Origin: Phycisphaera mikurensis NBRC 102666 | GTDB taxonomy: Bacteria > Planctomycetota > Phycisphaerae > Phycisphaerales > Phycisphaeraceae | Length of the DNA: 32,000 bases | Assembly (NCBI RefSeq): GCF_000284115.1 | Contig: NC_017080.1 | Coordinates: 1,680,001-1,712,000, forward strand | Direction of reading: 5' to 3' | In this document: in pieces, positions 7,983 to 16,457 of the stretch | How positions within the stretch are numbered: position 1 is the stretch's first letter | Layout of the letters: the number at the start of each line of letters is the position of its first letter | The notes under the pieces: model-generated | Told to the model about the DNA's origin: nothing | Seen by the model: only the letters and a program-made list of their open reading frames with translations | Databases searched by the model: none | Program-made: the position numbers and the translations under genes

Positions 7983-9158
7983 ATGAACCCGCTTCCTCAT
8001 GAAGTCACGGCCGAGCTGGAAGGCTGCCGTGCCGAGCTGGACCACATGTCCGTCGAGCTCGACCAGGCGTATGAAGAGCTGACGATCCTCCACCGCCTCA
8101 GCGCGACGCTCCGCGTGGAGCGGCCGGTCGAGGAGGTGCTGCACGACGCCTGCGCCGGGCTGGTCGCCGGGGCCGGGCTCGCCTTCGCCGCCGTCCGGCT
8201 CGCCGGCGGGGCGGGGCTGATGCCCACGCTCGCCGTGGCCGAGCCCGAGGCAGCCGCGGACGGTGCGGGCTCCGCACGCTTGCGGGCGCTCGTCGACGCC
8301 GCCGCCGCGGAGCTGCTCGCCACGGGGTACGTCGCCGTGCCCGGCTCGATCCTCGAGCCGGTGGACGCGCTGGCCCGCCCGCGGCTCGCCGAGCTGACGC
8401 CCGCGGCCATCGTCGTGCCGCTTCGCATCGGCGACGAGGCCGTCGGCGTGCTGCTCGCGGCGGTGCCCGCCGGCGCCGAGCTGCTGTCCAGCGTCGAGGC
8501 GAAGCTCGCCGAATCGGTCGCCGGGCCGCTGTCGATCTTCCTGGAGAACCGCCGCCTCTTCGAGCGGGCGCGTGAGCTGGCGACCGCGGTCCTCGTCTCG
8601 CTCGTCCGCGCCATCGACGCGAAGGACCCCGCCACCCGCGGCCACAGCGAGCGGGTCTCCGCGCTGGCGCGGGCGGTCGGCGAGGAGCTGAAGCTGCCCC
8701 CCGCCGAGGTCGACCGGCTCCGCCTCGCCGGCCTCGTGCACGACCTCGGCAAGCTCGGCGTGCCCGAGTCGATCCTGCTCAAGAAGGGCAAGCTCACCGA
8801 CGAGGAGTTCGCCGCCATCCGCCGGCACCCGCAAGCCGGCGTCGACATCCTCCGCGGCATCGAGCCGCTCGCCGACCTCCTGCCCGCCGTCCTGCACCAC
8901 CACGAGCGCTATGACGGCCGCGGCTACCCCGCCGGGATCGGCGGGGAGGCCATCCCGCTGCACGCCCGCATCCTCGGCGTCGTGGACGCCTTCGACGCCA
9001 TGCACAGCCGCCGCTCCTACCACGAGGGCGCGGCCGTTGCGGCCTGCCTCGGCGAGATCGAACGCAACGCCGGCAGCCAGTTCGACCCGCGGATCGTGGC
9101 GGCCTTCGTCGCCACGCAGCAGCGGTCCGCGGTCGGGCAGCGTCGGCTGGCGGCCTGA
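7983..9158 (+). CDS. HD-GYP domain protein (putative c-di-GMP phosphodiesterase) with a GAF-like N-terminal domain
   Basis: Only the last 391 codons of track ORF 6438..9158 look like a real protein; the ATG is at 7983 (MNPLPHEV). Motifs present: HSERV, HDLGKLGVP and HHERYDGRGYP. Confidence 0.9.
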   Translation: MNPLPHEVTAELEGCRAELDHMSVELDQAYEELTILHRLSATLRVERPVEEVLHDACAGLVAGAGLAFAAVRLAGGAGLMPTLAVAEPEAAADGAGSARLRALVDAAAAELLATGYVAVPGSILEPVDALARPRLAELTPAAIVVPLRIGDEAVGVLLAAVPAGAELLSSVEAKLAESVAGPLSIFLENRRLFERARELATAVLVSLVRAIDAKDPATRGHSERVSALARAVGEELKLPPAEVDRLRLAGLVHDLGKLGVPESILLKKGKLTDEEFAAIRRHPQAGVDILRGIEPLADLLPAVLHHHERYDGRGYPAGIGGEAIPLHARILGVVDAFDAMHSRRSYHEGAAVAACLGEIERNAGSQFDPRIVAAFVATQQRSAVGQRRLAA

Positions 9159-9169
9159 GTCCGCGCCGC

Positions 9170-10342
9170 TCAACCGGTCGCCGCGTCGTTGATCCGATCG
9201 ATCAACATCCGCAGGCGCCCGTTCGCCCGCTTGGTGCTCAGCCACGAGAGGCGGGGCAGCTCCAGCGACTCGATCTCGCCCTCCAGCGGCCCGGACTGCT
9301 CGATGCGGCCGTCGGCGACGAGCTCGGGGAACTCGGCGTTGAGCGCGTCGAGCTGGCTCTCCGAGAGCTCCTCGCGGATGCGGAGCACCATGCGGTCGCC
9401 GACGAAGCGTTGCGAGTGGTAGTTCGCGTAGAAGCGGCGGACGTGGTCGGCCGCCTCGGCGGGGCTGTCCGTGATGAAGTACAGCGAGGTGTCCTCGGGG
9501 CTGATCCAGCCGTTGTCCAGCAGGGACCCGCGGATGAAGCGGTCCCACCGCGCCCAGAAGCCGTCCTCCCCGGATCCCGGCGCGTCGACCATGACGATCG
9601 GCACCATCGGGGCCTTGCCGGTCTGGATGAGGGTGAGCGCCTCGAAGCCCTCGTCCATCGTGCCGAAGCCGCCGGGCAGCAGGGCGATGGCGTGGCTCAT
9701 CCACATGAAGACGAGCTTGCGGGTGAAGAAGTACTTGAAGCTGACCAGCTTCGGGTCGCCGATGATCAGGTCGTTCGCGCTGGTCTCAAAGGGCAGGCGG
9801 ATGGAGACCCCGAAGCTCGCGGCCCGGCCGGCCCCGCCGTGGCCGGCGCGCATGATGCCGTCGCCGGCCCCGGTGATCACCATCCAGCCGTCGGCCGCGA
9901 GGTCCTTCGCGAGGTCGACCGCCTGCCGGTAGTCGATGTGGTCCTCGGGGGTGCGTGCCGAGCCGTAGATGCTGATCTTCGGCGTCTCGTGGTACGGCCG
10001 GAAGACCGTCAGCGCGTGCCGCAGCTCCGCCGTCGCCCGGTTCACCAGCTTCACTTCGCCGGTGTCCGAGCCGTCGCGCAGCATCCGCAGGCTCGTCACG
10101 ATCATGTCGCGTACGTTGCGGCCGTGGCGGTTCTCCGGCTCGCCGCCGGCGGCCTGGATCAGCTCCCGGATCTCGTCGGAGAAGGTCTCCGCCGAGATCT
10201 TCGGGCCGGTCTGGGGGGGCTCCCGCGCCGAGTTCACCGTCGGGGCGGCGCCCAGCGGGTCGCTGGAGGCCCCGGCGTCGGGGCTGGCGGGAGGGACCGG
10301 CTTGGAGCCGGGGCGGCGGGGCTGGGAAGCGGGATCGGTCAT
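9170..10342 (-). CDS. LOG / TIGR00730-type Rossmann protein (PpnN-like nucleotide 5'-monophosphate nucleosidase) with a C-terminal extension
   Basis: Internal ATG at 10342 (MTDPASQ) of track ORF 9170..10660. Motifs present: ISIYGSAR, ITGAGDGIMRAGHGGA and LPGGFGTMDEGFE (PGGxGTxxE). The ATG overlaps the upstream stop as ATGA at 10339..10342. Confidence 0.85.
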   Translation of the reverse strand: MTDPASQPRRPGSKPVPPASPDAGASSDPLGAAPTVNSAREPPQTGPKISAETFSDEIRELIQAAGGEPENRHGRNVRDMIVTSLRMLRDGSDTGEVKLVNRATAELRHALTVFRPYHETPKISIYGSARTPEDHIDYRQAVDLAKDLAADGWMVITGAGDGIMRAGHGGAGRAASFGVSIRLPFETSANDLIIGDPKLVSFKYFFTRKLVFMWMSHAIALLPGGFGTMDEGFEALTLIQTGKAPMVPIVMVDAPGSGEDGFWARWDRFIRGSLLDNGWISPEDTSLYFITDSPAEAADHVRRFYANYHSQRFVGDRMVLRIREELSESQLDALNAEFPELVADGRIEQSGPLEGEIESLELPRLSWLSTKRANGRLRMLIDRINDAATG

Positions 10343-11331
10343 GAGGGGGTGCGGGAGGTCTGCGGCAGGCGCGGGGGGATTCGTAGGCCGCCGCGCCCGC
10401 GGGGCGGCGGCTCGGTCGCCGCCGTCCCGTCGCCGCTCCGCACGCCCAGGCGGACCAGCAGCCGCCGCCGGGTGAGGATCACCGGCCGCCAGATCCGACG
10501 CCAGAACCGGATCCACGGCGGCCGCAGAGCGTCCAGCTCCGACGCGGCCGCGGCCGCGTCGCCGGCACACACCGTGTCGGGCCGCTGGCGGATCCGGTGC
10601 TTCAGCAGGTGGTACCGGTCGCAGCGCTGCTGCGTCGCCAGCCCGCGGACCGCGAGCCATGCGGGCAGGAAACCCCGGCGGTCCGCGGCGAGAGCGAGCT
10701 GGAAATCGAGCAGGTGCGGGCGGCCCCGGGGATCGACGATGAAGTTGTCCGCCTTGTCGAGGTCGACCAGCGCGACGCCGCGGGCGTGAACGGCGGCGAC
10801 GAGCGCCTCCGCCGCCTCGAAGAAGCCGTCACCGGGGCGGGCGTCGCGTTGCAGCGGCTCGCCGACGACCCAGGCCCGGGCGAAGGCGTTCGGCTCCGGC
10901 CGATCGTCGATGACGACCTCGCCGAGGTCGACCGGCACCTCCGGCAGATCGGCCAGACGTCGATGGAAGAACCGCTCGCGGTCGGCGAGCCGCCGGCCGA
11001 GCCAGCGGAAGGGCACCCCCAGCGCCGGCTGCGTGCGGCAACGCTTCACGACCGCGTCGCCGCCGCCGTCGGCGGGGCGGTAGCGGGCGGTGAGCGCGAA
11101 GGCATCCGCCTTCAGCAGTTCGACGAGCCGGTACGCCCGCCCGGCGATCGTCACCTCCGCGGCCGGCTCCGCGGTGCCGATCGCCAGCAGCCAGGCGGGC
11201 CGCGCCTTCGTGCTGGAGCGGGCGTCGCGCAAGCGGGCAGCGTACGGACCCGCGGCCCTGTGGCTCGACGCCTGCGCAGCGCGCTGGGCCTCGCTCGGAC
11301 CGGCGATCTGCCCGCGCAGCGTGCCGGGCAC
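10339..11331 (-). CDS. Protein-kinase-like fold protein (Kdo/WaaP/RIO-like), function unknown
   Basis: Track ORF of 330 aa with a GTG start. It has a catalytic-loop-like HARGVALVDLDKADNFIV followed by LLDFQLA (DFG-like). The C-terminal third is low complexity. Confidence 0.55.
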   Translation of the reverse strand: MPGTLRGQIAGPSEAQRAAQASSHRAAGPYAARLRDARSSTKARPAWLLAIGTAEPAAEVTIAGRAYRLVELLKADAFALTARYRPADGGGDAVVKRCRTQPALGVPFRWLGRRLADRERFFHRRLADLPEVPVDLGEVVIDDRPEPNAFARAWVVGEPLQRDARPGDGFFEAAEALVAAVHARGVALVDLDKADNFIVDPRGRPHLLDFQLALAADRRGFLPAWLAVRGLATQQRCDRYHLLKHRIRQRPDTVCAGDAAAAASELDALRPPWIRFWRRIWRPVILTRRRLLVRLGVRSGDGTAATEPPPRGRGGLRIPPRLPQTSRTPS

Positions 11332-11379
11332 GCCGAGGAGCAGGATCCACGCCCGCTCTGGGCGCGTGTGCGTGCGGCT

Positions 11380-11757
11380 TCACCGCAGCGCGTGCAGACC
11401 GATCGGCAGGTACACGAGACCGAACAGCAGCAACGCGGTGCCGGCCGCGGCCATCCCGATCCAGACCGGCCGCCGCGTCGACGGCGGGTAGATGCCGTCG
11501 CGGCAGCGGAGCAGACACAGGCCGCCGATCCAGAGCGTCGGCAACCCGAAGACCGGCGCCGTCAGCCCCAGCGTCGGGCAGCCGAGCATCAGCGATGCGA
11601 TGCCCAGCGTCTCGCAGGCTTTCGCCAGCGGCGGGGGCGGCGGCTGGAGCCGGCGGGCGTCGCCGCACTCCGGGCAGGCGGAACGCCATGCCGTCCCGCG
11701 TCGGTTGTACCCGCACCTCGGGCAGACCGGATCGGCCCAAGCGGGGCGCGGCTTCAT
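11380..11757 (-). CDS. Zinc-ribbon (CPRCGY...CPECG) membrane protein
   Basis: Internal ATG at 11757 of track ORF 11380..11898 (MKPRPAWADPVCPRCGYNRRG...CPECG). It is followed by about 3 predicted TM helices, and GC3 is high. The ATG overlaps the upstream stop as ATGA at 11754..11757. Confidence 0.6.
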   Translation of the reverse strand: MKPRPAWADPVCPRCGYNRRGTAWRSACPECGDARRLQPPPPPLAKACETLGIASLMLGCPTLGLTAPVFGLPTLWIGGLCLLRCRDGIYPPSTRRPVWIGMAAAGTALLLFGLVYLPIGLHALR

Positions 11758-12179
11758 CCCGCCGCGTCCGCGTGATCGCCCACCAGCTTCGCAATGGCCT
11801 CCGCAGTCGCCACCTCCTCGACGACCACGGCGTCGGCCCCGTTCTGCCGCGCCAGCAGGCCCTGGCTGACGTAGTTGGTCCGGGCAACGATCCAGCACCG
11901 CGGCTTGATCGCGTTGGCGACCTCGGCGGCGCGGACGGCGTCGGCCTCGTCGGGCATCGTGAGCACGAGGTACGCCGCGTCGGGCAGGCCCGCCTCGCGC
12001 AGCGTGCGGGCGTCGCAGGCGGAGCCCACGAGGAACCGCCGCGGGCCCTCGGGCTGCCGCGCGACGACGTCCTCATTGCGTTCGATCACGGTCACCCCGA
12101 AGCCGCGCGCCTCCAGCGCCTCCACCGCGGCCCGACCGACGATGCCGAAGCCGGCCACGATCGCCGGAGCCGGCCTCAC
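11754..12179 (-). CDS. TrkA-N / RCK-type NAD(P)-binding Rossmann domain protein (141 aa)
   Basis: C-terminal part of track ORF 11754..13958. The GTG at 12179 gives (M)RPAPAIVAGFGIVGRAAVEALEARGFGVTVIERNEDV, containing GxGxxG. The start overlaps the upstream stop as GTGA at 12176..12179. Confidence 0.75.
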   Translation of the reverse strand: MRPAPAIVAGFGIVGRAAVEALEARGFGVTVIERNEDVVARQPEGPRRFLVGSACDARTLREAGLPDAAYLVLTMPDEADAVRAAEVANAIKPRCWIVARTNYVSQGLLARQNGADAVVVEEVATAEAIAKLVGDHADAAG

Positions 12180-14089
12180 GACAGCGACCGGTAGGCGTCG
12201 ACGTCGGCGCCTCTGAGGCACGCGGCGATGATCTTCTTGCCGCGGGGATCCAGCTCCGGGTGGTCGAAGTCGGCGAGCTGCTTGGCGAAGAAGCCCTTGA
12301 GGATGTCCGCCCCGGCGTCGTAGCCGGCCTCGCCCACCTCCTTCTGCTTCGAGACGTCGGTGAACCAGGTGCCGACCACCTGACCCTCCACCTGGATCGT
12401 CTCCTTGTGCAGCCCCAGCAGCGGGCACCGGGCCGGCACGAGGTCGCCGGGGCGGAAAGCGGCCGAGCCGCGGCGGGCGAGGTACTCCCGCGAGATCCAC
12501 TGCGGCGCGAAGCCGACCTCCCAGCAGCCGATGTGCTGGTTGGGGATCAGCACGAAGAGCGTGTCGGACGTCCGGAGGATCTGGTCGAGCAGGATGTTCG
12601 CCTGGTCGACGCGGCGGCCCGTGGCGAAGGGCCAGTAGCTGCCCACGCCTTCGCTGGTCATGCCGCCCCGGTCGACGATGGAGGGGTTGCCGTGCCCGCG
12701 CGGCGCCACCAGCCGCCACAGCCACGCCAGCGACGGCGGCAGCACGTGGAAGAGACCCATGATCCCGTAGGTCGGCCGGTCGGCCGTGCAGGGGGGGCAG
12801 CGGACGCCGAAGCTGCGGATGTCCACGGTCACCGGCTCGTCGACGATGCCGGGGTAATCGGCCCGGGGCAGCACCACGCGCGGGTTCGGGCACGGCACCG
12901 CCGGCGTGGTCTCGGTGGCTTCCCGGTCGATCACCGGCTCCCAGATCAGCGCGGTCGCGCCGGGGTGCGCCTCGATGTTGAGGAAGACCAGCGGCGTCTT
13001 GGGGTGGACGGTCAGCGCCTCGAGGTGCGGGTCGGTGCCGTACGCCTCGATGTGGTTGACGCGGAGGAACCAGGCTTGCTCGGCGTCGATCACCGTCAGC
13101 TTCTTGGGGCTTCCCGGCCCGGACCGCTCCGCGTGGCCCGGCTGCTGCAGCGACGGGTGGCACAGCGCCATGTCGTCGGTCACCGGGCGCAGCTCGCAGC
13201 CGTGCGGCAGCGTCATGTACCGCGTCTCGCCGGTGACCACGTTGGTGCCCTTGCGGAGCCGGCCGTCGGCCTCGCGGTGCATCTGCTCGAGCATCTCGCT
13301 CTTGCCGCCGCCGCTCGCCCCCTCGTGCATGATCGTGGTGACGTTGTCGTAGGGCGTTACCACCTGCACGGTGGAGCAGTGGGCGGTGGTCCAGCTCTGC
13401 TCGTCGCGCTCGCCCGCGGTCAGCAGCATCCCGTACACGCCCTTCTTCGCCGACGGGCCCGGGTACAGGTTGTAGCTGTAGAGTTCGTGCAGGTCGTAGC
13501 CGCCGTCGAAGCGGCGGTTGTGGACGACGACCTGCTTGCCGCCGAAGCGGGTGTGGCGGAAGGGCGGGGCGACGTAGACGATCGCGCCGTGGTGGTAGGC
13601 GGCGCCCTCGGCGACGACCTCGTCGATCGGCTTGATGCCCTGCAGCATCGCGAGCGCGGCGGCGAAGAAGGCGGCGTTCCGCGGGCAGATCGCCACGGCC
13701 TGCAGCGCCTGGCCGGGCATCCCGGTGGAGAAGAACTGGCAGATCAGCTCCTGGCCTTTGAGCCACTCGAACGTCGCCTGGCGGGTCTGTTCGAAGCCGC
13801 CGAGGTCCTTCCCCCACCGCTCGTCCCAAGTGGCCTTGTCGGTGGCCCGCGCGTCGGCGATCACCATGCAGTCGGGGTCGCGCCGACGCATGTACGGATC
13901 GAGGTAGTTCGCCGCGACGCCGTTCTTCACGCGGCAGACCTCGGCCTCCCGCTTCCACGCGCCGCCGGCGTCGTAACCGACCTCGAAGAAGCCGCGGCCA
14001 TCGGTCTCACCCTCCGGCACGGCCAGCGCGGCCAGCTCGGCGACGGAGCTGGCGTAGTGCACCTTCGGTGCGGCTTCGAGCACCGCCAT
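12176..14089 (-). CDS. Large uncharacterised P-loop protein (HprK/PEPCK-type GASGGGKSE motif; from memory resembles Pfam DUF4914)
   Basis: Internal ATG at 14089 (MAVLEAAPKV) of track ORF 12176..14617; the upstream 176 codons are Arg-rich junk. The 637-aa product has globular composition and the motif IMHEGASGGGKSEM. Confidence 0.7.
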   Translation of the reverse strand: MAVLEAAPKVHYASSVAELAALAVPEGETDGRGFFEVGYDAGGAWKREAEVCRVKNGVAANYLDPYMRRRDPDCMVIADARATDKATWDERWGKDLGGFEQTRQATFEWLKGQELICQFFSTGMPGQALQAVAICPRNAAFFAAALAMLQGIKPIDEVVAEGAAYHHGAIVYVAPPFRHTRFGGKQVVVHNRRFDGGYDLHELYSYNLYPGPSAKKGVYGMLLTAGERDEQSWTTAHCSTVQVVTPYDNVTTIMHEGASGGGKSEMLEQMHREADGRLRKGTNVVTGETRYMTLPHGCELRPVTDDMALCHPSLQQPGHAERSGPGSPKKLTVIDAEQAWFLRVNHIEAYGTDPHLEALTVHPKTPLVFLNIEAHPGATALIWEPVIDREATETTPAVPCPNPRVVLPRADYPGIVDEPVTVDIRSFGVRCPPCTADRPTYGIMGLFHVLPPSLAWLWRLVAPRGHGNPSIVDRGGMTSEGVGSYWPFATGRRVDQANILLDQILRTSDTLFVLIPNQHIGCWEVGFAPQWISREYLARRGSAAFRPGDLVPARCPLLGLHKETIQVEGQVVGTWFTDVSKQKEVGEAGYDAGADILKGFFAKQLADFDHPELDPRGKKIIAACLRGADVDAYRSLS

Positions 14090-14308
14090 CGCGGAGCTGG
14101 AGAGGGTGACGCCGGGAAGCTGGTCGATGGGCAACGGGTGTGATCTCGGGGCTGCGGGCGTTCGGAGGCGGGGCGGTGGGGGCCGCAAACCTAGCGTGGA
14201 ACACACGCTCCGCGTGTCGTGTGCTCGGGCCCGACGCCGCTGCGCCGATCGGAGATCCCGACGTGCGGCGTGCCGCGCACGCCGGGGTGCGTGCGGCATC
14301 ATGCGTGG

Positions 14309-15133
14309 ATGGAGCTCAGCGTCGTCGATGCCTTCGTCCGGGATCGCCAGCCCTTCACCGGGAACCCCGCCGCGGTCTGCCTCCTGCGGGGAGCCCATTG
14401 GCCGGCCGATGCGTGGATGCAGGCCCTCGCCGAGGAGATGAATCTCTCGGAGACCGCTTTCGTGCGGCCGACCGCCGAGCCCGACCTCTTCGGCCTCCGC
14501 TGGTTTACGCCCAAGGATGAGGTGCAGCTGTGCGGCCACGCGACACTGGCCGCGGCTCACGCGCTCGCGGAGGCGGGCCGGATCGGCGGCCGCGTCCGCT
14601 TCGACCTCAAGTGGCACGGCGAGATCGGCGTGGACGCCGCGGCCGGCGGCGGCTGGACGCTCGGCTTCCCGGCGCAGGCCTGCGGCGAGGCCGAGCCGCC
14701 GGAGGGGCTGATCGACGCGATGAAGCTGCAGCGCGGGGAGGTCCGCTGGATTGGCTTCGGTCCGTACGACTGGGTGATCGAGCTGGCCGACGCCGCGGCG
14801 GTGGAGGCCGTGGCGCCAGCGTTCGAGGCCCTCGCCGGGTTCGACTGCCGCGGCGTGGCTGTCTGCGCCGCCGACGGCACCGACGGCTACGCCTGCCGCT
14901 TCTTCGCTCCCGCTCTCCGCATCGCCGAGGACCCGGTCACCGGGTCGCTGCAGTGCGTGCTCGGCCCCCGCTTCGCCGCCCGGCTCGGCCGGACCTCGCT
15001 GCGGGCCCGCCAGCTCTCCCGGCGAGGCGGCGAGCTGCGGGTCGGGGTCGACGAGGCGGCAGGGCGGGTCCGCATCGGCGGCAACGCGCTGACGATCTGG
15101 CGCGGCGAGCTGGCGGCCCTCGCACGGCCGTGA
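14309..15133 (+). CDS. PhzF-family isomerase/epimerase-like protein
   Basis: Internal ATG at 14309 of track ORF 14219..15133. The sequence MELSVVDAFVRDRQPFTGNPAAVCLL...EMNLSETAFV...LRWFTPKDEVQLCGHATLAAAH is typical of the PhzF/YddE family. Confidence 0.85.
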   Translation: MELSVVDAFVRDRQPFTGNPAAVCLLRGAHWPADAWMQALAEEMNLSETAFVRPTAEPDLFGLRWFTPKDEVQLCGHATLAAAHALAEAGRIGGRVRFDLKWHGEIGVDAAAGGGWTLGFPAQACGEAEPPEGLIDAMKLQRGEVRWIGFGPYDWVIELADAAAVEAVAPAFEALAGFDCRGVAVCAADGTDGYACRFFAPALRIAEDPVTGSLQCVLGPRFAARLGRTSLRARQLSRRGGELRVGVDEAAGRVRIGGNALTIWRGELAALARP

Positions 15134-15219
15134 TCCCGCGGACCGTCGCCGATTCCTGGCCGCGAGCCCCGCGGTCCGCGGATCCGGGGCGTTCGCGGGG
15201 TTCCCGTACGCTCCGCCGC

Positions 15220-16203
15220 ATGAGCGTGGAGCGTGTGGATCTGGGTGATGGCGCCGAGGCGCGGGACCCCGCGGTGCGTGCCGTGGGCGAGGCGGCGGTG
15301 CCGGCGGGCGGCGTCCCCCGGGTCCGCGTGCTGCTGCTCGTCAACGCCGGCAAGGAGCCGGTGCTCGAGGCGCTGCGGAGCTTCGAGCCGTGGCTGGAGG
15401 AGCGGGCCGAGGTGGTCGGCCGCTTCGAGACCGGCGACACGGCCGGCCGCGAGGACGAGCTGCCCGACGCCGACGTGGCGATGGTGCTCGGCGGCGACGG
15501 CACCTTCCTCAGCCAGGCCCGGGTCCTCGTGGATCGCGGCGTCCCGATGCTCGGGATCAACTTCGGCAAGGTCGGCTTCCTCGCCGAGTGGGACATCGAC
15601 TACGTGAAGCGGCACTGGGCGTCGATCGCCTGCGGCGGCTGCCGCGTGACGCAGCGGATCCTGATGGACGTCGACGTCTACGGCCCCGAGGTCCCGCTCT
15701 ACGACACCGGTGCCCACGAGCCGCTGTCAACGCACCTGGCGATGAACGACGCCGTCATCAACGCCGGCCCGCCGTACCGGGTGTGCGAGTTCGACCTCGC
15801 GATCGAGCCCGCCGAGGTCCGCCAGCCCGCCGTCACGATCGCCGGCGACGGCATCGTCGTCTCCACGCCCTCGGGTTCGACCGCGTACAACCTCTCCGCC
15901 GGCGGGCCGATCGTCTCGCCGGGCGTCGAGGCGATGATGATCACCGCGCTCTCGCCGTACACGCTGGCCTTCCGCCCGATCGTCTTCGGGGCCGACGCGG
16001 ACGTCTGGATCACGCTCACCCGCGGCAACGACGGCACCGCTCTGGTCATCGACGGCCAGGCCGCCGCCGTGCTCGAGGAGGGCAGCCACGTCCACGTCCG
16101 CCGCCACCACCCGATGCTCACGCTGATCCAGAACCCCGAGCTGACCTACTGGTCAATGCTCTCGCACAAGATGCGGTGGGCGGTGCGGCCGCGGAAGGAT
16201 TGA
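15220..16203 (+). CDS. nadK: NAD kinase
   Basis: Internal ATG at 15220 of track ORF 14530..16203. Motifs present: VLGGDGTFL, GINFGKVGFLAE, NDAVI, GDGIVVSTPSGSTAYNLSAGGPIV. Confidence 0.9.
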   Translation: MSVERVDLGDGAEARDPAVRAVGEAAVPAGGVPRVRVLLLVNAGKEPVLEALRSFEPWLEERAEVVGRFETGDTAGREDELPDADVAMVLGGDGTFLSQARVLVDRGVPMLGINFGKVGFLAEWDIDYVKRHWASIACGGCRVTQRILMDVDVYGPEVPLYDTGAHEPLSTHLAMNDAVINAGPPYRVCEFDLAIEPAEVRQPAVTIAGDGIVVSTPSGSTAYNLSAGGPIVSPGVEAMMITALSPYTLAFRPIVFGADADVWITLTRGNDGTALVIDGQAAAVLEEGSHVHVRRHHPMLTLIQNPELTYWSMLSHKMRWAVRPRKD

Positions 16204-16234
16204 GGGGGGGGGGCAGCGGCTACGCCGCTCAAGC

Positions 16235-16346
16235 GGAGAAGCGGGGAAGCGAAGAAGCGAAGAAGCGAAGAAGTGGGGGAGCGAAGAAGTGGGGGAGCGA
16301 AGAAGCGGAGAAGCGTAGAAGCCAAGAAGCGGGGAAGCGAAGAAGT
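16235..16346. repeat. 14 tandem copies of the same purine octamer family (GRRGRAGY)
   Basis: Parses as ggagaagc ggggaagc gaagaagc gaagaagc gaagaagt gggggagc gaagaagt gggggagc gaagaagc ggagaagc gtagaagc caagaagc ggggaagc gaagaagt. It lies 31 nt after the nadK stop, behind a G10 run at 16204..16213. Confidence 0.9.
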
Positions 16347-16400
16347 CGGAAAGAGCAGACGCGGCCCCGGGCGGTCGAGGCAGCGGCCGCGGCCTGTCTG

Positions 16401-16440
16401 ACTTCCTCACTTCCGAACTTCTTCGCTTCTCCGCTTGCCT
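16401..16440. repeat. Five octamers in inverted orientation (RCTTCYYC), pairing with the 3' end of the 16235..16346 array
   Basis: Parses as acttcctc acttccga acttcttc gcttctcc gcttgcct. The reverse complement of 16411..16432 (ggagaagcgaagaagttcggaa) matches 16331..16351 (ggggaagcgaagaagtcggaa), with one G/A difference (position 3, a G-U wobble in RNA) and one bulged T. It sits between convergent nadK and the CNNM gene, so it may act as a bidirectional terminator or cruciform. Confidence 0.75.
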
Positions 16441-16457
16441 GGCGCAGCCATGCTCCC

